This document shows positions 23,693 to 36,093 of a DNA stretch of 64,000 nucleotides, piece after piece. This DNA comes from Pristiophorus japonicus (Eukaryota). The notes below the pieces were generated by a model that saw nothing but the letters and a program-made list of their open reading frames with translations, had not been told where the DNA came from and did no database searches. The DNA lies in NCBI RefSeq assembly GCF_044704955.1, contig NC_091988.1:148738001-148802000 (forward strand). The letters run 5' to 3'. The position numbers and the translations under genes were made by a program. Each line of letters opens with the position of its first letter. Position 1 is the first letter of the stretch.

Positions 23693-24408
23693 TCATCATC
23701 ATCATAGGCAGTCCCTCGGGATCGAGGAAGACTTGCTTCCACTCTTAGAATGAGTCCTTAAGTGGCTGAACAGTCCAATACGAGAGCCACAGTCCCTGCC
23801 ACAGGTGGGACAGAGAGTCGTTGAGGGTAAGGGAGGGTGGGACTGGTTTGCCGTGCGTTCCTTCTGCTGCCTGTGCTTCGTTTTCTGCATGCTCTCGTCG
23901 ATGAGACTCGAAGCGCTCAGAGCCCTCCCGGATGCACTTCCTCCACTTAGGGCGGTCTTTGGCCAGGGTCTTCCAGGTGTCGGTGGGGATGCCGCACTTT
24001 ATCAGGGAGGCTTTGAGGATGTCCTTGTAACGTTTCCTCTGTCCACCCTTGGCTCGTTTGCCATGAAGTTGTTCCGAGTAGAGCACTTGCTTTGAGAGTC
24101 TCGTATCTGGCATGCGGACAATGTGATCTGCCCAGCGGAGCTGATCAAGTGTGGTCAGTGCTTCAATGCTGGGGATGTTGGCCTGGTCGAGGACGCTGAT
24201 GTTGGTGTTCCTGTCCTCCCAGGGGATTTGTAGGATCTTGCGGCGGCATCATTGATGGTATTTCTCCAGCAATTTGAGGTGTCTACTGTACATGTTCCAT
24301 GCCTCTGAGCCATACAGAAAAGTGGGTATTACTACAGCACTGTAGACCTTCAGCTTGGTGGTAGATTTGAGGGCCTGGTCTTCGAACACTCTTTTCCTCA
24401 GGCGGCAG
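23693..24408 (-). mobile_element. RTE-clade LINE 3' fragment
   Basis: MPDTRLSKQVLYSEQLHGKRAKGGQRKRYKD; C2H2-like CPTCGRDC..RIGLFSHLRTH; (GAT)n tail. Confidence 0.88.
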
Positions 24409-24635
24409 ATAATAGTTCACTATTGAAGGGCTATATTTGCAACTCAGACCAGCCTGGAACTGAAATGTTAATTCACTATGTTGCAATGGAAGTCACTATT
24501 TTAGCACACTCAACCCTTCATGCTGTTCTAAGTTCTTCAATCATACTCAGGTATGTGAAGTAATGAACAACTCAGTTTTAATATAAGGTGAGAAAAAAAT
24601 CTGCGCTCCATGTAGTACTACTGAGTTTCATAGAG

Positions 24636-25070
24636 TGTCAGCCGTGGCTCAGTGGGCAGCAGTCTCACATCGGAATCAGGAAGTTGTGGGTTCAAGTCTC
24701 ACTCCAGGGAAAAAATCTAAAGCTGAGGGAGTGCTGCACCGTCGGAGTTGCCATCTTTCAGATGAGATGTTAAACCGAGGCCCCGTCTACTCACTCAGGT
24801 GGATGTAAAAGATCCCATGGCACTATTTCGAAGACGACCAGGGGAGTTAGCCCCAGTGTCTTGGCCAATATTTATTCCTCAATCAACATAACAAAATAAA
24901 AATGATCTGGTTATTATCACATTGCTATTGTGGGAGCTTGCTTGTGCGCAAATTGGCTGCCACGTTTCCTACATTAAAACAGTGACTGCACTCCAAAAGT
25001 ACTTAATTGGCTGTAAAGCACTTTGAGATGTCCAGTGGTCATGAAAGGCGTTATATAAATCCAAGTCTCT
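24636..25070 (+). mobile_element. tRNA-headed SINE with Deu domain (SacSINE1/AmnSINE1-like DeuSINE)
   Basis: Box A tggctcagtgg, box B ggttcaagtc, then gatgagatgttaaaccgagg...ggatgtaaaagatcccatggcactattt...tcacattgct...aaattggctgcc, which I recognise as the Deu core; ends tatataaatccaagt. Confidence 0.8.
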
Positions 25071-25639
25071 CTTATTTCTTTCTTTCTTTCCTCTCTGTAC
25101 CCAAATCAAAGTGAACGAGTGGGGAAAGCATCCTACTCTTAAACTCTACAAATACAGGGAGACGTACAAGAACAGGTTGGAGTCACTCATCCTCCGATAT
25201 TCTGTCCTTCATTGTTGAAGCATTAGACTTTCATGAATTAACTATGTGTGAACAACATGGTTGAAATAAAGAACTCACTTTGAGCTTCCTAATTGCTCAA
25301 CCATAAAGACCAAAAACGTTTGCTCAATGTTCTGTGCTGAGTCAGCTGATCTCAATCAGGGTCGAGATAATAATTGACCTCAGTGCCCTGGATTTAACTG
25401 GCGGAAAATCATCCAGGACCCCCTCTAGATCACAGTCCAGTGACCCCGACTCAACTGATGTGCGCGGATATCAGATAAAGGTTGGGTTGAGCTTTGCATG
25501 CTCACATATCAAAAAGGACCACTTAGGCAAAGCACTGGTGAGCAACCAACACCCATGGAACTGTAACCCAGCAAGTCAGCACCTTCAAGAGAGCGAATGA
25601 GAATAAAAATCTCAGGAAGGCATCGGACAAGCTGGAGCT

Positions 25640-26250
25640 TGACAGATCGTAGCCAGGTCAGGAGCGAGGGCATTTGTACGGGCAAGATTGCGGGATTTCC
25701 GCATATCTTGCCCGGCAAATATCCTCAAAAATCTTGCGTAGACTACTTTTACAGGCGTAAGAGTTTATAAACCGATAAAAAACATGATTAAAATTAAAAT
25801 TTTAAAAACATATTTATGTTAAAACCCTGCCCACTCAGGTAATGTTATTTTAAACCCTAACCCTAACTTTTTTTTAAAAATCTGCAATTTCTTTTCTTTA
25901 TAAAACATGTATAACATCTTTAATTTCTATTAGTGTATTGTGTGAGGTGTTTTTTAAAAAAAATGTTTTATGTAGTGTTTGTGTGTTTTTCTCATTCATT
26001 GTAATAGGAGCTTCGTAACTTACGAAACTCCTATTACAATGAATGAGAAAATACTTACCTGTGATTGGGTGTCCAGGCACACGTGACTCCTACGCATGGC
26101 CCTACGAGCACGTGCTGCGATGCACAGGGAGAGGAGGCCTGTGGATCGGGATTTTGAGCGGGCGCAGCAGCTTCAGGTAACTGCACATTTTATGTCTGTT
26201 ATTTAGTGCTTTGCCCGTGGGAAGTCCTCGAGAAGAATTTCTGCCCCATT
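25640..26250. mobile_element. Degenerate GC-rich non-autonomous DNA element (Harbinger-like)
   Basis: CpG-rich arms flanking an A/T-rich spacer, with cttacc and ggtaa motifs as in the other copies; termini not resolved. Confidence 0.4.
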
Positions 26251-28025
26251 GCAATGCATTTCCAGCGTAGTTCCAACCCTTTATGCTTGTCGCCGTTTCA
26301 GTCTCAAAACACACCCATGGTTGACTGCCTCAATTCTGGTTATGAAATGATGCCTGAAGTCTCATGGACACCCCAATTTTTTTTTGAATTTATCCCTTTT
26401 GGAACTGACATAAAAGAAATGAAGTGATCCTGCACTGATGGGAGTGCAAGTCAGAGACAGGTTCCACTGTGGCACCGATTCTCCGGCCCACACTCCCGTC
26501 AAACTAGACTCTGTGCTGGGATTGCTGAATAATGCGACCAACAAAGTTAAATTTTACCAAAATAGAGATACAACTGAAGGAAAAAGTTGGCGACGAATTT
26601 TCTTTCAATCTAAACACAGCCATGTACCAGCAGGAAACGTCAGGATTAGCGTCACATCCACATTAGCAAGTTTTATCCCTAATTATAAGCTGCATTTGGA
26701 GCTAAATCTAAAGATCTGGAGCCTAAGGCTCAGGGCTGCTCATCACTCCCATACCTTACAATTTGGGATGTACAGTCAACTCTTGGATGAGTCAGTGCTG
26801 CATGGATGTCAGCTGGTCCATTTTAACAGGAAGCTGCAGCTGGCATAGTCAGGGAATCTCACTAGATCATACACTTTTAAACTGGGCCACATGAGGCATT
26901 TATAAAGGCTCGCGAAATTTGTTCACCTATTAGCAAATTATTTCTATTGCTGTACTCTTAAAAACATTCTCTTTCATGGGAATACAGTTTTCCTTTGGGT
27001 AACTAACATTTTATTCCAAATTATGACATTGTCCCTGAGAGTGTGCTAATATTTGTGGGGGGGTCTCCTGGAGTGTGCCAATATCTACAGGGGCTCTCTG
27101 TACAGCAAAGTTTGAAAACCAGTGCACCACTGACCCTGGGCATCGAGTAACTTGCAGCACAGCCCACTCTGCAGGGGAAACGGGAGGAGATACAAGGTCC
27201 ATGAGGGTTAGAAAGGTGGGGCTTGGAAAGGCAGAATATAACCAAAAGGTTTCCCATCATAGTCTCAGTTATAATGAGAAGCTACATCATAAAAACACTA
27301 CAATTTAACATTTTCAAAACATAAACTCAAGGTGCCTTCCATTTAACTTCCTTTGAAACGCTCTACACCACTCGTTAGGTTCCAGATGGCAGAATGAGCA
27401 TCGCCACCGAAACTCTTGAAGCTTCCTTTACTCAAATGAACAAACCGGGTCCAGTTACAGGTCATGGTCACTTTTGTTAATAAATAACATTAGCCCACTT
27501 TACTTGCATCTTTGACCTTTAGCCTACAACCTGACATTTGCCTATCCCAAGATACTACAATATCATGTCAAGTCAACAAAAGCAGTCTTGAATGGTTGTG
27601 CTGACAGATTGGGTTGCTCGCTGGAAGTGTGACTTTAAAACAACAATTTCCACACGCAGTCAGCCAGTTTGTCATCCAGTGATTTGATGTTAGCCACTCC
27701 AGTAATACCATTCATTTGGCACTGCTACATGGCCTTGCTTATACAGGTACACAAACTCTTCCAACTATTAATTTTAAAAATATTTATAGAAGAAAACAAG
27801 GTGGTTGTGGAAACCTTCAAGGACTATGGTGTTAAAACAGGAGCCTGTTTAAATATTCCAAACATCTGAAGTTCTGTGAACCACTGGCATATAGTTCAGA
27901 TTTGATTGCAACGGTTGGTAAAAGTTTATGGTGAGAGGGCAAGATAACTATTACATTTTCCCAAAAAAGAGAAATTGGCTATGTATAAATGAAAACAATT
28001 TCCTTTAGAGAATGCATTGAGAATG

Positions 28026-31000
28026 CTTACGGCTCACATCCCACCACAGGCAACTAGGTCCATACAGCAGAGCCTGGTCTCCAGTCGTCTCAGACCCCCT
28101 TGCCACTGGTCCAACACCTTGCTCTGCTAAGCCCGTGTGGAAGCTGGTGTGCAACAGCCACCCCACATTAAAAGAATTCATGCACAGGCATCTTCCACCC
28201 TTCAAAAAGAAGTTCAGGACCTGGAACGTCGGGACCCTCATGGACAACCCCAACTGCGACAGACCGGAACATCACACTGCTATCGTTGCCCGGAAATGAG
28301 ATACTTCGACGTTGACATCGCCTAAGTGAGACCCGGTGGGCAGGGGAAGGCCAGCTCAAAGAACAAGGTGGTGGTTACATCTTCTTCTGGAAAGGCAAAC
28401 CAGAAGGAGGCCGCCTCCATGGAGTTGGTTACACCATCAAGAATGAGCTGGTAGGTCGTCTCAGAAACTTCCCCTGCGGGATAAGTGAACGTTTCATGAT
28501 TCTCTGGCTCACCCTAGCCCGGAACCAGTGCGCCACAATCATCAGCGCATACCCCCCAACACTTGACGCAACAGATAAGACTAAAGAGGAATTCGACTCC
28601 AGCCTCGAACATTTCCTGTCCAGAGTCCCTATGGACGACAAGCTGATCCTCCTCGGCAACTTCAATACCAGAATCGGTAAGGATACAGACCGCTGGGGAG
28701 GCATGATCGGCAGTGAAGGGGTAGGGAAAACCAACTCTAGCGGTACCCTGCTCCTGACAAAATGCCTAGAACATGACATTTTCATCACCAATACCTTGTT
28801 CCATCAGAGGGACAAGCACAAGGCTTCATGGCAACACCTTCGCTCCAACACTGGCATCTGCTCGACTACCTCATCGTCCGAGCGAGGGACCGCAAGGACG
28901 TGCGCATCCCATGCCATGACAGGAGCCGATGACTGCTGGATGGACCACTGCCTAAACAGCTTTGTCATTATCAATCTAGCCCCAAAGCAGCGTCGGAAAC
29001 AGAAACAATGCCGCAGGAAAATCAACTCTAGGGCACTCAAAGACAGAGTTAAGAAAGCCCTATACAGCCAGCATCTCACTGCCAACCTGGCAACCCTCGA
29101 TGACCCCGAGACGCAGAGTACCCACTGCGCTTGGTCTGCTCTCAAGGCCTCCGTAACCAGCACCTGCGAAGAGACGCTCGGTTACTCAACCAGGTAACAC
29201 CAAGACTAGTTTGACGAGAATGACCAGGAGATCCAGGAGCTAATAAGCCGCAAGCGCAAGGCATTTCTGAACCTAAAGCAGAAACCCAATTCGGGAGCAG
29301 CAAAGCAGCTCTACAGGCAGCTGAAGGCCAAGGTCCAATAAAAAACCCACGACCTTAAGAATAGATGGTGGGTGGAGAAAGCACAGGAGATCCAGCAGCT
29401 GCCCGACAACCATATGAGGTATCTTCAGCGCTGTTAAGTCCACTTACGGCCCAAGCACTCAAGGCCCCACCCCAGTGCTGGCTAAGAACGAAGAGGCACT
29501 CATTAAGGACACTGAGGCAGTCAGGGCCCGCTGGAAGGAACACTTTGAAGATCTCCTTGACTGAGACTCTGCCTTCGACGCGAGTGTCCTCATTTCCATC
29601 CTGCAGCATGCTACCCGCCATCATCTTAGCAAAACCCCAGCCCTACATGAGGTAGAAAAGGCCATCCATTAGCTCAAGAACAACAAGGCATCAGGAGCAG
29701 ATATAATCCCCGCCGAGGCACTAAAGTATGGCGGTGAAGCACTATTGACACGAATGTATGACATCTCCCTTATCTGGAAGGAGAGCATGCTGAGAGATCT
29801 CAGAAATGCCATAATCGTGACCAACTTCAAAACGGGGGGGGGGGGGGGGGAAATCCAATTGCTATAACTACAGAGGAATCTCCCTGCTGTCGGCCACAGG
29901 GAAAGTCATTGCAAGAATCCTCCTCAATCGTCTTCTCCCTGTGGCTGAGGAGCTCCTCCCAGAGTCGCAATGCGGATTCCGTCCACTAAAGGGTACAACA
30001 GACATGATCTTCACCGCACGACAACTACACGAGAAATGCAGGGAACAGTATCAATTTTTGTACATGTCCTTCTTTGACCACACAAAGGCCTTTGACACGG
30101 TCAACTGTGAGGGATTATAGAGCATCCTCCTCAGTTTCGGCTGCCCCCAAAAGTTTGTCACCATCCTCCGCTTGCTCCACGATGACATGCAAGCCGTGAT
30201 CCTGAGCAACAGAGACATGGACCATATACAGTAGACATCTCAAAGCGCTGGAGAAGTACAAGTAGAGCTTCCGAAATCCGGAGTTCCAAAAACCATAATG
30301 TTCCTAAAACCGGACACCATGCAGTTCGCATGAGTTGACGTCCACAATCCGGAAACATGCTCCAAAAACTGGACAGATAAAGCAGCAAATGGCACAGATA
30401 AACTGAACCCTGAACATCACTCCAAATAAGTCATGCAGACAGGACCAAAAGATATGCATTCAAATTGACAGAAAGCAAATCCAACATAGGCATTAGACAA
30501 AGCAAGTCAGTCAAAGAGACATCCTATGTGAAGTGTGCCAAACCCGACCAAAAAAATTTTGGAATCATCTCAACCATCACTGCAACCCCACCCCTGGTCA
30601 CCGCCATGTAAAATGCTGTAATACACCAATTCCGACAGTCCACAGAAACCACGCTGCATCCACAACATTCAGCCCTGCACAATTTTCTGCAAACCACATG
30701 CAATGATCTACTTTCCCACAAAAAGGAAATGCCAACATCCGACTAGCCATCCATGCTTTTATTACAGCATACAAGATACAGGTACAACCTCCGAAATTCG
30801 TAAATACCCAAAACTCGGCCCAGGGGTCTCCGGGTTCGGGACGTCAGATTTTGTCTTCGAAATTTGGAAAAAAACAAAATTTGGCCCAGGAGTTTCCGGA
30901 TTTGGGTCGAAAGATTTCTGTTCCGAAATCCAGAAGAACCCGAAAACCGGAATGGCCTCAGTCCCAGATTTTGGAGGTTGTACCTGTACCACCAACACTG

Positions 31001-31528
31001 CCTTTGCAAGATCCTGCAAATCCACTGGGAGAATAGATGCACCAACATAAAGTATTCTTGCTCAGACCAACAACCCCAGCATCGAAGCGCTGACCACATT
31101 GAACCAGCTCCGTTGGGCGGACCACATCGTCCACATGCCTGACACGAGATACCCTAAGTAAGCGCTCTACTCGGAACTCCTACACTGCAAGCAAGCCCCA
31201 GGTGGGCAGAGGAAACATTTCAAGAACACCCTCAAAGCTCCTTGATAAAGTGCAACATCCCCTCCGGCACCTGGGAATCCCTGGCCCAAGACCACCCAAA
31301 ATGGAGGGCGCTGAGCACCTCGAGTCTCGTCGCCAAGAGCATGCGGAAATCAAGTGCAGACAGCATATGGCAAACCAGGCTCCCCACTCACCCTTTCCTT
31401 CAACCACTGTCTGCCCCACCTGTGACAGAGACTGTAATTTCCTCATTGGACTGTACAGCCACGTGACAACTCACTTTTAGAGTGGAAGCAAGTCATCCTC
31501 GATTTCGAGGGACTGCCTACGATGATGA
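28026..31528 (+). mobile_element. RTE-clade LINE, near full length with an internal RT deletion and a nested DNA element
   Basis: 5' leader, then FRTWNVGTLMDN, SETRWAGEGQL, ISAYPPTL, LILLGNFN, NYRGISLL, CGFRPL; jump at about 30210; resumes at 30989; ends gagggactgccta(cga/tga)n. Confidence 0.9.
30259..30986. mobile_element. Tc1/mariner-type (pogo/Tigger-like) non-autonomous element inserted at TA inside the RTE
   Basis: RTE reads gaagTA|insert|TAccacc. Right terminus reverse complement CAGGTACAACCTCCAAAAT; matching left termini at 30779 (CAGGTACAACCTCCGAAAT) and 30259 (CAAGTAGAGCTTCCGAAAT). Confidence 0.75.
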
Positions 31529-31715
31529 GGAGCAATTCAGGAGCCTTCATAAGTTCTAAATGTATATATCTGACCAGATAAAAGCCAAGACTGGCATTGA
31601 CTCAGCCATCTTTTTCACTATCAAAATATACAATTTTAGTTATTTTTGTATTCATTCAGGTGGAATGCTTTAACTTTACATTTAATGCAGAAATCAAGCA
31701 ATCTCATCAGATATA

Positions 31716-32029
31716 GGACCAGAATTTGCTTTTGCAGGGACTCTAATGGCATCTGTCGTTAGTTAGACTTGCCCTTGCACCCTTCAGCTCAAAATATTTT
31801 TGCCCACAAAGTTGCAGAAAGTGCGAGCTGGTAACAGCATAGCGAGGGCAGCAGGGCATCTGGGACTGAGCGAGCAGGGCCACCAACAGGATATTTCCTC
31901 AACCAATGAGATTTAAAGATTGGGAAATAAACACATGGAAGGACTGAGAAGGAGGTCGAATTAAAGGGGAAGAATTCAACGTCAAATCAGGTACAGAAAG
32001 AGAAATTAAGAGAAGGAAAGAACAAGTGG

Positions 32030-32074
<45 letters not shown>

Positions 32075-32484
32075 AGACAGAAAGGAAAAGAACAATGTAA
32101 TTTTTAAAATCATCATTTGTAAAGTCTCCGTAAAAAATTAAAAACTTGAAGGAATGAGACTCTGACACTTGTAATAATTCATTTTCGGTGCCAAAGAGTC
32201 ATTAATATTTATCACATCGTTAAAGGGGTACATGCACTTATAATGATAAAACTTATTTTTCAGTGTCGAGTTTATGGGCAATTAATGGGCAAATACAGCA
32301 AGTTCATAAAAATAACTGGAGGCTGAGGGCGAGATGCTGTTTTTGCGAAGCGAATGGCGGAGCAACTTGGACAGCAACTTTGGATATTCACAATTAACCT
32401 CACATTTGCTCCTTGCCTGAAGTTGCTGTACCATTTACCCATAAATTACGGCGAGCATCATTAGACTTGTCGTTATTCTGGTCA
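31716..32484. mobile_element. Harbinger-like non-autonomous element containing (GA)n
   Basis: ATA|GGACCAGAAT ... ATTCTGGTCA|ATA; (GA)n at about 32033-32070. Confidence 0.6.
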
Positions 32485-32546
32485 ATAGTGTTAGCCAAAT
32501 GCAACAGAATCTCCTTTCGCTCCCCCCCCACCCCATAGTCAGTCAG

Positions 32547-32985
32547 TCATAGGCAGTCCCTCGGAATAGAGGAAGACTTGCTTCCACTCTTAACATGTAT
32601 CCTTAGGTGGCTGAACAGTCCAATACGAGAACCACAGTCCCTGTCATAGGTGGGACAGACAGTCATTGAAGGAAAATGTGGGTGGGGAGTCTGGTTTGCC
32701 GCACGCTCTTTCTGCTGCCTGCGCTTGATTTCTGCATGCTCTCGACGATGAGACTTGAGGTGCTCAGCGCCCTCCCGGATGCACTTCCTCCACTTAGGGC
32801 GGTGTTTGGCCAGGGACTCCCAGGTGTCAGTGGTGATGTTGCACTTTATCAGGGAGGCTTTGAGGGTGTCCTTGTAATGTTAGCGTCCTCAACCAGGCCA
32901 ACATCCCCAGCATTGAATGACTGACCAGACTTGATCAGCTCCGCTGGGCAGGCCATATCGTTCGCATGCTAGACACGAGACTCCC
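32547..32985 (-). mobile_element. RTE 3' fragment (partly rearranged or inverted)
   Basis: aggcagtccctcgg terminus and similarity to 23700-24030; 32880-32985 matches RTE in the opposite orientation. Confidence 0.8.
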
Positions 32986-33719
32986 ACCCCATAAAACCAC
33001 CTACATTAGCTGGTCGCATTTATGTTGGATGCTGTCATAATCTAAATTATCCCCATGTTGAAAAAAATCATGCTAATCTTGGTACTTTGTGAGCAATGTT
33101 GTGCTGAGATTGTCCAACTTTCGTCATAAATCTAAACAATCATCAGAGACAGGAGTTTTTTTTAGTTTTCAAACTAAGTTTGAGGAGGTAAAAAGTAATG
33201 GGTCTAAACTGGTTCAAATTAGCTCCTTTCCCTTCCCTTTTTTCTTAGAGCCATTATTTCCATGAAGACTCCTTCAGTTGGCAATGTACCTGAGCTAACT
33301 ATTTGGACTTCTCTCTATTACCTCGGGAACATATATGGCACTCACCCCAGGACTTCATCATGTACATAATTTGAAATGAGGTTAGGACACACAAATGCAG
33401 AATGTTCCTCTGCAGTCTGCATGGTCCATCCCCATTTAAATCCTTGGTGCTGTAAGATCTCTATATATCTCAATTGGTAAATGCACTGCCAAGTGTAGAT
33501 CGGAGATACACAAATCAAGTAGGTCCCAGGTATGATCACTGGTCTGTGTCTGGGCTAGGGAGAAAGTTCCTGTTCTGGATCACTGTTTAGTGACTCCTGC
33601 TGCAGTGAGTGCATGTGGGGACATTGGTTGAGCACTGGATCAGGCTCAGCTATGTTGCCCCCATCATCAAACAAGTTGTCACTGCTAGCTCTCACTTTCT
33701 AGGCTCAATCAAGAAGATT

Positions 33720-36093
33720 AGTGTGAATGGCATAGAGGGTGCAGAGTACTTAAAATGCATTCAGGAGAACATTTTTAGCCAGTATGTAACAAGCCCAACA
33801 AGGGAGGGGGCAGTCTGGACTTAGTTTTAGGGAATGAAGTTGGGCAGGTCGAAGGGGTATCAGTGGGAGAGCATTTTGGTGCTAGATATCATAATTCAGT
33901 TAGATTTAGGGTAGTTATGGAAAAGAGCAAAGATAGACCAGGAATAAAAGTTCTCAATTGGGGTAAAGCCAATTTTGCTAAGCTGAGATGGGATTTAGCC
34001 AAAGTGGACTGGAAACGGCTACTTGAAGGTAAATCAGTGTCAGAGCAGTGGGAGGCATTCAAGGAGGAGATCCTCAGGGTTCAGAGCAAGTATGTTTCTT
34101 TAATGAAAAGGGTGGGACTATCAAATATAGAGCCCCTTGGATATCAAGGGACATACAGGGTAGGATAAAGAAAAAAAAGGCAAGATAACTAGGGCTCAAT
34201 ACTGCAGAAACCCGAGAGGACTATAGAAAGTGTAGGGGTGCAATTAAAAAAGAACTTAGCAAAGAAAAGAGAGCATGAAAAAAATTTGGCAAGTAAAATC
34301 AATGAAAACCCAAAGATGTTTTATAAATACATTAAGAGCAAGAGGATAACTAGAGAAAGAGTAGGGCCTATTAGAGACCATAAAGGTAATCGGTGTGTGG
34401 AGGCGGAAGACGTGGGTATGGTTCTTAATGAATACTTTGTGTCTGTTTTCACAAAAGAGAGGGGCGATGCAAACATAGCAATCAGGGAGGAGGAGTATGA
34501 AATATTAGATGAGATAAACAGTGAGAGAGAAAGTATTAAGTGGCTTAGCTGCCTTAAAAGTGGATAAATCCCCAGGCCCGAATGAAATGTATCCCAGGCT
34601 GTTAAGAGAAGAGAGGAAATAGCAGAGGCTCTGACCATCATTTTCCAATTCGCTCTGGCTACAGGTGTGAGGCTGGAGGACTGCTAGCGTTGTACCTTTG
34701 TTTAAAAAGGGAGAAAGGGTTCGACCGAGTAATTACAGGCCAGTCAGCTTAACCTCAGTGGTGGAAAAATTCTGAGGGACAAGATAAATCTTCATTTAGA
34801 AAGACATGGATTAATCAAGGACAGTCAGCACGGAGTTGTTAAGGGAAGGTCATGTCTGACTTACTTAATTGAATTTTTTGAGGAGATAACAAGGAGGGTC
34901 GATGAGGGTAGTGTGTTTGATGTAGTGTCTATGGACTTTAGCAAGGCTTTTGATAAGGTCCCACAGGGAAGACTGGTCACGAAGGTTAAAGCCCAAGGGA
35001 TCCAGGGCAAAGTGACAAGTTTAATCCAAAATTGGCTCAGAGGCAGGAAGCAAAGGAAAATGGTTGATGGGTGTTTTTGTGGCTGGAAGGCTATTTCGAG
35101 TAGCGTTCTGCAGGGCTCATTGCTAGGTTCTTGCTTTTTGTGGTATATATCAATGATTTAGACTTGAATGTAGGAGGAATGATTAAGAAGTTTGCAAATG
35201 ATACTAAAATTGGCTGTGTGGTTGCTAATGAAGAAGAAAGCTGCGGACTGCAGGAAGATATCAATGAACTGGTCAGATGGGCAGAACAGTGACAAATGGA
35301 ATTAAATCCGGAGAAGTGTGATGTAATGCATTTGGGGAGGGCTAACAGACAAGGGATTACACATTAAGTGTAGAGGAACAAAGGGACCTTGGAGTGCAGG
35401 TCCACAGATCCCTGAAGGCAGCAGGCCAGGTAGATAAGGTGGTTAAGAAGGCATATGGAATACTTGCCTTTATTAGCCGAGAGGAATACACTACAAGAGC
35501 AGGGAGATTATGTTTGTATAAACACTAGTTAGGCCACAGCTAGAGTACTCTATGCAGTTCTGGTCACCACATTACAGGAAAGATGTGATTGCACTCGAGA
35601 GGGTAGAGAGGAGATTTAAGAGGATATTGTCTGGACTGGAGAATTTTATCTATAAATAAAGATTAGATAGGCTGGATTTATTTTCTTTGGAATAGAGGAG
35701 GCTGAGGGGAGACCATATTGAGCTGTATAAAATTATGAGTGGCCTAGATAGAGTGGATAGGCAGGACTATTTCCCTTAGCAAAGGGGTCAACAACCAGGG
35801 GGCATAGATTTAAAGTAATTGGTAGGAGGTTTAGAGGAGAGTTGAGGTGAAATTTCTTCACCCAGAGGGTGGTGGGAATCTGGAACTCACTGCCTGAAAG
35901 ATTGGTAAAGGCAGAAACCCTCATCACATTTAAAAAGTGCCTGGATGTGCATTTGAAGTGCTGTAATCTACAGGGCTACGGACCAAGAGCTGGAAAGTGG
36001 GATTAGGCTGGATAGCTCTATGTCGGCTGGTGTGGACACGATGGGGCGAAATGGCCTCCTTCAATACTGTAAATTTCTATGATTCTATGATTA
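33720..36093 (+). mobile_element. Long CR1 ORF2 fossil (end of endonuclease, RT, 3' UTR)
   Basis: LNWGKANFAKLR, NYRPVSLTSVV, DFSKAFDKVP, KFANDTK, WNSLPE; ttctatga tail; many stops and frameshifts. Confidence 0.9.

Noticed and set aside
24636-24710. tRNA gene
   Set aside because: The A and B boxes belong to the SINE head; no intact cloverleaf.
26051-26061. U1 snRNA gene or pseudogene (starts ATACTTACCTG)
   Set aside because: Similarity stops after 11 nt; the downstream sequence does not continue as U1.
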